Positions 41,020-50,903 of a DNA stretch of 64,000 bases are shown piece by piece. A model generated the notes under the pieces. That model had not been told where the DNA came from and ran no database searches. It worked only from the letters and a program-made list of their open reading frames with translations. Position numbers and translations under genes: made by a program. Numbering within the stretch: position 1 is the stretch's first letter; every line of letters begins with the position of its first letter. Location of the stretch: the NCBI GenBank assembly GCA_963768855.1, contig CAVYJM010000006.1, forward strand, positions 96,001-160,000, read 5' to 3'. The stretch comes from an uncultured Thermoplasmata archaeon. Its GTDB lineage: Archaea > Thermoplasmatota > Thermoplasmata > RBG-16-68-12.

Positions 41020-42950
41020 ATGGCGATTTATTCCTTCAACCACGATTCGTTCGGCAAGACAACAAACCGCGCAGGAGCCGCAGGGGACAACGCGGCCTAC
41101 AATGCCCGCGAGAACGAAACGCGGCTGGTGAACGAGCAGACGCACGGCAAGTCCGCCGCGCGGCAATGCGGCCTACAACGCCCGCGAGGAAGCCACCTAT
41201 GCGGTGAGGAGCCATGTCATCCCGCCGAACCCTAAAGAGGCCGAGGCCTGGTTCCGCGAACAGGAGAAGAGCGAGCGCAAGAACGCCCGCATGTCCGACC
41301 GCTTCATCGGGGCGCTGCCTCGTGAATTGACGCCGGAGCAGTGCATCACGGCGGTAGAAAGTTTTTGCCGCGAGGTGACGCAAGACCGGGTGCCGTGGCA
41401 TTTTGCGCTGCATCTGGAGTTGGGTAAAAAGAACGAGCCCGACTGGAATCCGCACGCGCATATCATCTTCCGCGACCGCGACGTCGAAACGGGCCGCCGC
41501 GTCCTTTACACATCGGCGGGGCCGAAGGAGCGCGCCCATCTTGCCGCCAAGGGCATCGAACCCTGGACCACGCGCGACTTCCGCGAGGAGTGGGGAGGGC
41601 AGATGAACCGGGCGCTCGAACGGGCAGGCCACGACGCGCGCGTCGATCATCGCACGCTGAAAGAGCAGGGGATCGACCGCGCAGCCGCACAATCCATATT
41701 GGGCCGGGCAGCCAGAACGCGGCGCAAAAAGGGACATCAATTCGAAAGCCAGGACCGAACGCTCGCCGAGCGTACCATCCCATACAGTCTCCTCGACGAA
41801 GGCAGCCGCGCCGATCACAACGCAAGGATCGTCGAAGGCAATCAAGCACGCCAGCAGGAGAAGCGGCAGGCGACCCGCGACGCGATCAAGGCGAATGCGC
41901 AAATGACAAGGCACGGCGTCGCACCGGTAGCCCATCCCGCGTGCGCGCCGCTTCCGATACACCCGGCGGCGGATGAGGATCGCGAGCAGCAGCGCCTGCG
42001 TGAAGCCCAAACCCAAGACCGCCGCGTCCTGTACAAAGAGCAGAAACTCGACCGCGACGTGCTTCGGGCAGCCCAAACCGCCGAACTGAATCAACACAAA
42101 GCATGGGCCAAGGAGCTTTACGCCAGCGCGCGCAAGGCCGCGTTCGAGCAAGTGAAGGAGCGCACCTCAGACCGCTGGAAACAGGTGCGCGCCATCGACG
42201 ACCCAGCGCGAGCGCGACAAGGCCGCCGAGGCGCTCAAGCTGGAGCGAAAAGCCCTCTACGCCAAAACGGCAGCTGTCCGCGTCGCCGAATTACGCCAGC
42301 AGAAAGAACGAAGCGTGGGAGGCGATGAACGGAAGCCCAAGCGAAAGAACGCCTCGATCTTCGCGGCGCGCACCGTGACGAATATACGGCGGCGCTGACG
42401 CAGACAGCACGCCGCCGAGAGGCATCGGCACGCAGCAACAACAGCGCGCGCACGAATTGCAACGCGACGCCAACAGCATCGCGGCGCGCGCACGTCCGGG
42501 CATCAAGGCATGGCGAACCAGCAAAAGGCGGCGTTGCAAACCATCCGCCTTAAGCACAACGCCCGGCAGGCTAGCCCAGGGGATAGCCAGGCGATAGCCT
42601 CGCAGAATCCCGCAGAGGCGATGAAAACCTTTATGAAGACGGCGATAGCCGAGCATGAGCGGCGCAGACAAAATCCGCGCGGGACTGAACGCCCAGCGCC
42701 AGAGCACACCGGCTGCGGGCAGCAACGTCCCAGCAGCTTACGCACGCAGGCGGGCCCGCCGCGCTCACCGGCCGAAGCCGCCCGCGCGCATTCAAAACCA
42801 GCACCCCGACGCGCAGACGCAGGTCCGGCAGGCGGCGCAGATCGGCAGGACGTTGAGCAAGCGAGGAACGGGCCAACGCCTCGTCGTGAACTGAGAGCAC
42901 AAGCTCGACGCGCCACGACAAGGCCAGCCGTTCCTGGCATCGCGATAGCT
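41020..42950 (+). CDS. MobA/MobL (MOBQ) relaxase with long helical C-terminus; several frameshifts, 3' end uncertain
   Basis: MAIYSFNH...AAYNAR, ERKNARMSDRFIGALPRELT, ALH...WNPHAHIIF (HUH) and REEW...NRALERAGHDARVDHRTLKEQGIDR motifs. Confidence 0.88.
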
Positions 42951-43103
42951 TCTCCAGTCCCAACAGCAGAAGGGCGGCAAGGACAAGGGCCGCAGCGGAG
43001 GTGGCCGGGGCCGGTAACAGACGCGCAGCAGCGGCCGTCAACGCCGCGCGTCTACCTACCACAGGGCCTGAGCAACCCAAGCGAACCAATCGACGGTTTG
43101 TCA

Positions 43104-43628
43104 ATGTTCCCCGTTCACCTATACCGGCCGCCGTCAATCCTCGCTCTGCCTTCAAACCCGATGCCCGGCTTGCCGATCCTCCCCGCGTTTCCAAACCGGC
43201 GGCCCCCACTCTTCGCGCGGCGTTCAAAACCGCCGCGCGCGCAGCAAACGCTGCCAGCGCCAAAACCAGCCCGGAAGAAAACAACCACAAGCGGCGGCAA
43301 GGGCGGCCCCTTCACCACCAGCGCCATCGCCGAAGATTATCTCAAGCTCTGCCGTGATCCCTTCAGCGATTTGCAACGCTGGATCGATGAAGATAAAAAG
43401 ACAGGTAATAGAGTCCTCCCACCTCCAGCCACGGACAACGCCATGATTCACACGCCGCACGAACCACAACCTCAGAGCAACTTCTGCGTCAAACACTGCA
43501 TGAAGTGTCAAGCCGGATGGACAAGATCGACAAGCCTCGGAGTGACCGTGGTGATTTGCCTGCTCAATCGGGAGCCGGTTCTCGCCAACATCACGGCCTG
43601 CAACAAGTTCAAGCCGATCGAAATCTAA
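43104..43628 (+). CDS. Hypothetical protein with a Cys-rich C-terminus
   Basis: Distal part of ORF 42510..43628: Pro-rich segment then CVKHCMKC...ICLLNREP...CNKF; might be a separate ~60-aa gene from MIHTPHEP. Confidence 0.35.
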   Translation: MFPVHLYRPPSILALPSNPMPGLPILPAFPNRRPPLFARRSKPPRAQQTLPAPKPARKKTTTSGGKGGPFTTSAIAEDYLKLCRDPFSDLQRWIDEDKKTGNRVLPPPATDNAMIHTPHEPQPQSNFCVKHCMKCQAGWTRSTSLGVTVVICLLNREPVLANITACNKFKPIEI

Positions 43629-44077
43629 CCGGCCACACCCACGGGAGCGCCGAAGGCCACGTTGCCAACAGCAGCGAGGTCTCCGGCATTCACGGCTATT
43701 ACGCCGCGCTCATGGCCGCCGCGCGCAGCTCGCTTTCACCGCGTAATGCCGCCGCCCTTATTCGCAATCTCAAAAATCAAAAAATCCTCGCCGTCCGCAC
43801 CGCCAAGGACCGGCGCCGGGCCAGCATTCAAAACCGTAGAATGACAATCATGGCAAGTCCCGAGCGCCCCCGCAGCAGTTCGCCTTCGCTTTGCGTGCCG
43901 GGGCCGCCCAACAGCTGATATCCATAGAGTTGCACGACGCCAGCACCAGCGAGAGACGGTTCCCATAGCTTCGTTTTGCACCCCGATCTTGGGGTAGAAC
44001 CAACATTCGTGTCACCAGAGGCCAAATTGGGTTCTTTTACTCAAAGGTACGTAAAACGACACGGCCAGGGGGGACGA

Positions 44078-44366
44078 TCAACCTTCATGGCATTCAGCCC
44101 TCGCTAAAGCGACCTGCCCCATCTGCTCTGATATTTCCAGCCCGAGCGGTTCGAATATGGCGCGGCGTTGGATGGTTATAGGGTGAGTTCGGGTCGCCCT
44201 GCGCCTCGGCCAGTTCGCAGGTAATCCGGGTATTGCGGCCGTCCGGCATGGCGTGCAGGAGAACACGTCCGAGCGCGCCTAAAGCGCTGTGATGAAAGTC
44301 GTAGCACCAGCCGCCATCCGGCAGCGGTCGTTTCTTGAAGGTGATCTCGGGCGGCAGGCGGATCAT
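44078..44366 (-). CDS. Hypothetical protein (one frameshift)
   Basis: MIRLPPEITFKKRPLPDGGWCYDFHHSALGALGRVLL...IFEPLGLEISEQM is protein-like across ORFs 44094..44414 and 44078..44266. Confidence 0.4.
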
Positions 44367-44879
44367 GGTGAATTGTTTCTTGCGCGTTGGGCCGGTTCTG
44401 TCAAAAGGCGGCATCTGTCACATAAGCCGGCTTGATCGCGGTGGTGAATAAGGGGGATTTGGCCGCACCCCTCGCTAGCGAGGGGCCAGGCTCTAGCCGC
44501 CCGCTAGACGGGCGGCCGGAGCCACGCGCTTCGCGCGCGTCTCCGCACTTCGTGTGACGATCCCTCGCGGGGAGTCTGCTGCCAACGGCACGGCAAGGAA
44601 TGGCGGTTGCGGCAGACCGGCGCGTGCAAAAAGAAAATTCACCTAAGCAAAAATACCTGCTCAAAGCCTTCACCACGAAGCAGCACCTCGAAAAGGCTGC
44701 TCCACGAACCCAGGCTTTCGCGGGGGCCGCTGGCGCTATGGGGCATACCCCCGCGAAATCCTGGCTCCGCGAAGCAGCCCGAACCGGCGGCGCGTGTCTG
44801 CCAAACCAACCCCCTCGAACAGGACCGGCCCGTTGCAAAACTCTTAATTAGATAGCCATTGACAGAAAGCCAGCATTTA

Positions 44880-44917
44880 GGGGTCATCGCAGAATCTTCC
44901 CCAAATCGTACGCTAAG
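44880..44917 (+). repeat. Tn3-family 38-bp terminal inverted repeat
   Basis: GGGGTCATCGCAGAATCTTCCCCAAATCGTACGCTAAG (GGGG...ACGCTAAG); the tnpA stop codon lies inside it. Confidence 0.9.
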
Positions 44918-47902
44918 CCTCGTCGAGGAAGGCTGAACGGGGATTTCTGAGGGGTCTAGAAGCCGTTTTCGAGCGGTTCTGTTGGCCAAACGTAATCGCC
45001 GTTAAAGGTAATGTGCTCCCAGCCGAGCGGAGCGATATGAGAAAGTAAATCATCGCCGATGACCTCACCTTGAGCGCGCAGATGAGCAACGGCACGGCCG
45101 AGATAAACAATGTTCCAAAGAATGATCGCAGCGACAACGAGATTTCAACCCGGATGCCCGGTAGCGCTGATTTTCGAAAGATCGGTCGCGGATTTCGCCG
45201 AGACGATGAAAAAATACTGCCCTGGCGAGCGCGTTGCGCGCCTCACCCTTGTTGAGCCCGGCATTGGCTCGCCGCCGCAGACCAGGATTGCTGATCCAAT
45301 CGAGGGTGAAAAGGGTGCGTTCAAGCCGGCCAATCTCACGAAGCGTCTTTGAAAGCGCGTTCTGTCTGGGATAAGCCGCGAGCCGTCGTAGCATTGCCGA
45401 CGGCATGGCAGTTCCCGCCTTGATCGACGCCACGAGGCGCAGGGTCTCATCCCAGTTTTCTCCGGAGAGCCGGAAATCAATGGTTCCCCCGATCATGGGG
45501 GCCAAGGCAGGATAGATTGCGCGCTTGTCCGCAACATAAAGTCGACGATCAGCAAGGTCGCGAATGCGCGGCGCGAAGCGAAACCCCAAAAGGTGGCACA
45601 GACCAAATACATGATCGATTGCGCCAGCAGTGTCGGTGTAATGCTCGCGGATTTGCAGAGAGCATTCGTGATGCATGAGGCCATCCAGAACATACGGTGC
45701 ACTCGGCTCGGCGATTGGCCGCCATGATTTTGCTGTTGTACGGCCCGTACCGATCAGAGATATGTGTGTAGAATTTTACGCCGGGTTCGGAGCCATATTT
45801 GGCATTGTAATCGGCACGCGCCTCGCCATGCCCGCCCGCTTTGAAGAATTGTCCGTCCGACGATGACGTGTCGCCATCACCCCAGATTTTCGTAAAAGGG
45901 TTTGCGTGGATCGCATCAACTAAACATGCAAGGCCGGCCTGATAGGTTTCATCGCGGATGTGCCATTCGGCAATCCAGAGCAGCTTTGCATGGCTGAAAA
46001 TCTTCGAGCTGCGGGCCATGCGCCCAAGCCCCAGATTGGTGGCGTCAGCAAGAAGCGCCGTCATCAAAGCCACGGTGTCCTCGGCAACAGCTCCGGTGCG
46101 CAAATGGCTAAACCGCTCGGCGAAGCCTGTCCATTCATGCACTTCGGCAAGAAGCTCGGTGATGCGTAGACGTGGCAACATGCCATAGAGCCAGGGCGTG
46201 TGATATTGTCGCATTCGAGGTTTTCATCCTTGCGGATCGGATCTGATCGAAAGCCCCTCCGCCGTGATGGCCGCTTCGACCAGCTCGCCGGCGGAAGCGA
46301 GTGCATCGACCTCGCGAAGCCGGGCATCCAGAAAGTCCACACGCTCGGCGCGCCATGTATCAAAGCAGTCAGGGACAGCGAGCCCCAAGTCGTTGTCCCG
46401 CCGCCTTGCGGCAAAAGTCTCTGGCGGCAGAAGATAATCATCGAACGCCCGAAATGCCCGGCTGCCTTCGACCCAGATGTCGCCTGCGCGCAAGCGGTCG
46501 CGCAGCGCCAGCATGATCGCAACCTGATAGGCGCGTCGATCGATGGCACTGCCGGTTCCAATCTGCTTGCGCCAGGCCCTGTTGGGAAACGCCGCAGGCG
46601 CGTACAAGAGTATCGTTCTGGCCCGTCGCGTAGAATTCCCGCAGCACTTCAAGCGCGGCAAGCAAGGGATCATCGATTTTCCATGCGCGGAACACGAAGG
46701 CATTGAGGAGAACTGGCGCCAGGCGTTCTCAGCACCGTGGGATATCGTTCGACGATCTCCGCCAGATTATCCTCGCGTGTTTCCGTGACGATCTTGTCGG
46801 TTTCGAGAAGCAGGCCGTTCAGGCGATCCCAACCCAGGGCGCGTTCCACGGTTTCGATCTGATCTTCGCCGCAAGCCTTGGCCGCCAGCATCGCTTTCGC
46901 CATGCCGAGCAGCGCTCGCGTCGAAGCATCGAGCGTCTTTGCCCGCTCAACGACGCGCAGCTTGTGCATCTGATCGGCGCGGCGAAAGATGCTGCCAAGC
47001 ATCTTGTCGAAAATGACGAGCGCGGCGTCCGTGAGGATGGCTTCCATCTCTCGTGCAACAACGACCAGTGCCGCCAGCACGGCGGGTCTCGTCGAACCGC
47101 GAGAGATGCTGGGCACTGAGAATGGCCGTTTCCCTGGCAATGGCAGCATAGCGCGCGCGATGAACGCGCTGTTCGCGGTCCTGTCCGATGCCAAGCGCGC
47201 GGACGACCTGTAGGCGTTCGACGATTTCAACCAGGTTTTTCTCTGCCCGGCGCTTCCGGCCATTCGCGCAACCATGCCAGCGGCGTCCGGTCTTGATCGT
47301 CGCTGGTCAGAAGCAACGTTTCCAATCCGGCAATCTGCTCGGGCCCCATTCCCTCGATGAGGTTTTTGTGCGCCCGTTTTCGGGCGCGTGCGCGTGCGGC
47401 CAGGGCAATCTTTTCCAAAGTAACGGAGGCTGGAAGCAAAATGTTTTGGGCGCGCAAATGTCCAATCATCGCGGCGACAATGGCATCACCGCGATCCGTG
47501 CCTGTTGCTTCTTCAAGTGCAGCATTGGCAACGGCTCGATAATCCCCGCGCCGAAAGGCGCGAAGGCCAAGGTAGTCTTGCAAATTCCCCGAGATGCTCA
47601 CGGCGCGTTTCTTCTCGGCTGGCATACTCGTTCAAGACTCCCGGTCTAATGCCGAGTTGCTGACCGATGAAGGAAAGAATGTCAGTGGACGGCACTTCGC
47701 CGACGCCAACCACGCGGCCGGGAAATTTCAAATACGCAAAGTGCACGGCAAACCCCAACCGATTGGCGTCCCGGCGTCGTTGCCGCATCAGCGCCATTTC
47801 CTCAGGCGAGAACGTGCAGTGCCGGATGATCGCCGTCGGGTCCGACGGTGGATAAAACAGCGTTGTGCGAGATTGAGGCGAAAGAATTTCGTGTTTCTTC
47901 AT
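44913..47902 (-). CDS. tnpA: Tn3-family transposase with many frameshifts
   Basis: [101 protein letters not shown] and [16 protein letters not shown] motifs. Confidence 0.93.
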
Positions 47903-48027
47903 GGCCGCCCCCTTGTTGCGCAAATGATCGTTTGTGCAAGTATTCGCGATTGGCTTGAAATGGCCTGTTTTTGTATTGCAGAAATATATTGCAATGCGAA
48001 ACATGAATGCAATAGAATTGTGCAATC
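47903..48027. promoter_or_regulatory. Putative res site with divergent tnpA/tnpR promoters
   Basis: AT-rich intergenic segment with repeated TTGCA/TGCAA half-sites. Confidence 0.55.
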
Positions 48028-48612
48028 ATGTTGATAGGTTACGCGCGCATCTCCACAAGTGAACAAGACACCAAAATGCAGGTGGCTGCTCTTCAGTCTG
48101 CCGGGTGTGAATCAATCTATCGCGAGAGGGCCTCCGGCGGGCGCTGGGACCGGCCTGAGCTTCACAAACTACTGGATCATCTCCGTAAGGGCGACGTGGT
48201 CGTCGTCTGGAAACTCGATCGTCTGTCACGCTCGCTACGCGATGTGCTTACAATTATGGATCGGCTTCAGGAGCGGAAAGCAGGTTTTCGCAGCCTCACC
48301 GAGGCGGTTGATACAACGACGCCCGCCGGTCGGATGATGATGCAAATGGTCGGGGCGTTCGCAGAGTTCGAGCGCGCGATGCTGAAGCAGCGCACCAAGG
48401 CCGGCCTCGATGCAGCACGCAAGGAAGGCCGGATCGGCGGCCGACGGCCAAAGCTAAAGCCTCAACAGCAACAGGAAATCATGAAGCTCGTAAAAAGAGG
48501 CAAGAAGACCGCAGCCGATGCGGCGCGCCTGTTCGGCGTCCATCCGGCGACGGTGTCGCGGCTACTCCAGCGATTAAAGCTCTCCACGCCTGAAAAGGGT
48601 ATCATATCGTGA
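48028..48612 (+). CDS. tnpR: Serine resolvase TnpR
   Basis: MLIGYARISTSEQD, VVWKLDRLSRS, GAFAEFER and a C-terminal HTH. Confidence 0.95.
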   Translation: MLIGYARISTSEQDTKMQVAALQSAGCESIYRERASGGRWDRPELHKLLDHLRKGDVVVVWKLDRLSRSLRDVLTIMDRLQERKAGFRSLTEAVDTTTPAGRMMMQMVGAFAEFERAMLKQRTKAGLDAARKEGRIGGRRPKLKPQQQQEIMKLVKRGKKTAADAARLFGVHPATVSRLLQRLKLSTPEKGIIS

Positions 48613-49100
48613 ACCTTATATTGCACAAGGCGGTGGAAACGGATGTCGATGCGATAACAGCTTGCGTTCGACGCGCTTATGAAAAATATGTACCGCTCAT
48701 CGGGCGACTGCCCAACCCGATGACGACGAATTACAGTCGCGCGGTAAGTAAGGAGTTCAAGTTGTCGATTCTTACCAGTCATAGCGGACACTTGCAGGCT
48801 GTGCTGGAATTAGTTTCGGAGTCTGGCCATCTGCTGGTTGAGAATGTGGCCGTAAATACATCTTCAACGCCGAAGTTCTGGGGCATCGGCTGATGGATTT
48901 TGCTGAACAGGAAGCGCAGCGACAACGGTTCCCAGAAATTTGGCTCTACACCAACGAAAAATTTGTTGCGAACATTGCTTTCTATGCGGGGCGTGGTTAC
49001 CACGAATTTAAGCGCGTACCATTCAAGGGTACCGATCTTGTTTTTATGTGTAAGCCCCTTAAAGACCATTTACGCCAGTTTTGCCTGGCTAACAAATGCG
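48609..49100 (+). CDS. GNAT family N-acetyltransferase (disrupted near 48870-48893)
   Basis: RAYEKYVPLIGRLPNPMTTNY...LLVENVAV...GIG, then MDFAEQEA...EIWLYTNEKFVANIAFYAGRGY (GNAT motifs A/B). Confidence 0.8.
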
Positions 49101-49108
49101 GTGCACAT

Positions 49109-49657
49109 GTGCTGATCGGCTACGCGCGGGTTTCCACCCAACATCAGAATCTCGACCGGCAGCTCGGTGCCCTGCGCGCAGCACGCTGCAAACGTATCTT
49201 CGCGGAAAAGGCAACCGGCAAAACCGTCAAGGGGCGTCCGAAGCTAGAGAAGGCCATCGAGGAGCTTGGCACCGGCGACGTACTCCTGCTCGCCGAATGG
49301 GACCGCGCCACACGTTCGATGATTGACGGCATCGCCATCATGCAGCGCGTCGTGGCGCGCGGCGCCGTCATCAAGGTGCTCGACAAGCCGCACCTCGATC
49401 TCACCAGCAAAATCGGCCAAGGCATCCTCGCTTTTCTTTCGGCGCTTGCCGACGATGAGCGCGAGCGCATCGTCAAGCGCGCTGCGGATGGCCGGAGGGT
49501 CGCCAAGGCGAAAGGCGTTATGATGGGCCGTCCGCAAGCGCTGACAGAGCATCAAAGGGAAGAAGCGCGCCGGAGGTTTGCCAAAGGCGAAAGCTGCCGC
49601 TCCATTGCCAAGAGCTTCAACTGCCATCACAGCACGATTTCACGCTGCCAAAGATAG
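49109..49657 (+). CDS. Second serine recombinase (resolvase/invertase), in frame with the GNAT 3' half
   Basis: VLIGYARVSTQHQNLDRQ, AEWDRATRS, ADDERERI and a C-terminal HTH. Confidence 0.92.
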   Translation: MLIGYARVSTQHQNLDRQLGALRAARCKRIFAEKATGKTVKGRPKLEKAIEELGTGDVLLLAEWDRATRSMIDGIAIMQRVVARGAVIKVLDKPHLDLTSKIGQGILAFLSALADDERERIVKRAADGRRVAKAKGVMMGRPQALTEHQREEARRRFAKGESCRSIAKSFNCHHSTISRCQR

Positions 49658-49867
49658 GCGGCCCGCGCAAGATTTAGGGCGCGGGAACACATCACAAAAA
49701 TGACGCGACCTCGCCACGCATGTGGCTGATGGGACGCACCCGTCTCATCATCGCGAAGCTATCTAGTTTCCCCGATTGGCGGCGTGAGCTGGACCGGGTA
49801 GTTAAGAAGGAGACTTAATACTGATCGATAAAGTTGTGTTGTGTAGTGGTGTGGGGAGTGGTGACTC

Positions 49868-50310
49868 ATGGGGCTGGGTCGCGTACTAGTTGTGCTGGCA
49901 AGTGCTGGCTTTTTTCAGGCTGCCTTCGCGCAGTCCTTGCCACCTATCGAAGGTCCTGGCCGCGAGCAGCAGCAATTTCGTGAAGCCCCTGCGCCCAAAG
50001 CGCAAACCTCTCCGCTTATCGCCATTCCAAGCACGATGCCCGCCGGACAGGCGGCAAAAATCAAGCTCGTGCTGAAACGGATCGAGGTCGAAGGCTCGAC
50101 GGTCTATAAGACGTCCGATCTGGAGCCGCTCTGGGCCGGTTTGACCGGCAAGCAGCTCTCAGTCGCCGACATTTACGCGCTGCGCGACCGCATCCGTCAG
50201 AAATATAGCGACGATGGCTGGCTGCTCGCGATCCCGGTGATCGTGCCGCAGCAAGCGAGCCAGAAAGCGGCGGTGATCCGTATTAAAGTCATCGAAGCCT
50301 ATATCGACCC
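49868..50310 (+). CDS. TpsB (ShlB/FhaC/HecB) outer-membrane transporter, 5' fragment (signal peptide + POTRA1), truncated at the junction
   Basis: LKRIEVEGSTVY...LTGKQLSVADIYALRDRIRQKYSDDGW...VPQQ...IRIKVIEAYID; no barrel follows. Confidence 0.85.
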
Positions 50311-50312
50311 CT
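50308..50312. other. Abrupt junction between alphaproteobacterial and archaeal DNA (probable misassembly)
   Basis: Two gene fragments abut with no intergenic DNA, repeat or att site; gene content switches to archaeal. Confidence 0.85.
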
Positions 50313-50901
50313 GTGCGCGATCGTCGCGTGCTGGACCGGGCCCGCGGACAAGGCGAAGAAGGCTCTCGCTCCGCTGCTCGACTCGGCCAAGATCGTCGCG
50401 CAGCTGCTCGGGCCGATGCCTTACCCCGCGCTGAACGCCGCCTTCGACGGGCTCGTGCCGCCGGGGCTCCAGCACTACTGGAAGACCGCCTTCGTGAAGG
50501 AGCTCCCGGACGGGGCGATCGCGGCCCACATGGCCCATGGTCCTAAGCTGCCCGCGGTCAACTCGACCGTGCACATCTACCCGATCAATGGCGCTGTGCA
50601 CGACGTGAAGCCGGACGCGACCGCCTTCGGACACCGGGACGCGAAGTACGCCACGGTCATCGCAGGCATGTGGCCCGACCCCGCGCAGAACGAGGCGAAC
50701 ATCCGCTGGGTGCGGGACTACTACAAGGCGATCGAGCCCTACTCGGAGAAGGGAGGCTACATCAACTTCGCGTCCGAGGACGACAAGGACAAGGCGTCGG
50801 TCAACTTCGGCCGCAGCTACCCGCGCCTCCGGAAGATCAAGGCGAAGTACGACAAGGGCAACGTCTTCCGGTTCAACCAGAACGTCGCTCCGGCGGCGTG
50901 A
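50311..50901 (+). CDS. FAD-linked oxidoreductase, 3' fragment with BBE domain
   Basis: CAIVACWTGP...LGPMPYPALNAAFD...HYWK...AFGHRD...GYINFASED...NFGRSYPRLRKIKAKYDKGNVFRFNQNV. Confidence 0.88.
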   Translation: MCAIVACWTGPADKAKKALAPLLDSAKIVAQLLGPMPYPALNAAFDGLVPPGLQHYWKTAFVKELPDGAIAAHMAHGPKLPAVNSTVHIYPINGAVHDVKPDATAFGHRDAKYATVIAGMWPDPAQNEANIRWVRDYYKAIEPYSEKGGYINFASEDDKDKASVNFGRSYPRLRKIKAKYDKGNVFRFNQNVAPAA

Positions 50902-50903
50902 GG

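Larger units (their letters stand above)
44880..49657. mobile_element. Tn3-family transposon (tnpA, res, tnpR, GNAT, second resolvase); second IR not found
   Basis: IR + ~3-kb tnpA, with a divergent tnpR and AT-rich res region between them. Confidence 0.8.
32078..50310. mobile_element. Integrated plasmid-like (integrative mobilizable) element at tRNA-Ser; distal boundary not visible
   Basis: Integrase and excisionase abut the tRNA 3' end, followed by RepA + iterons, ParA, MOBQ relaxase + oriT, TA modules and Tn3. No duplicated tRNA 3' end was found before the junction at ~50310. Confidence 0.8.

Noticed and set aside
49670-49720. Right-hand Tn3 inverted repeat
   Set aside because: TTTAGGGC...ATGACGCG resembles CTTAGCGT...ATGACCCC only weakly and with the wrong spacing.
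32150-50310. attR duplication of the tRNA-Ser 3' end
   Set aside because: No second CCCTCTCCGCCA-like copy was seen by eye before the junction; the boundary is left undefined.
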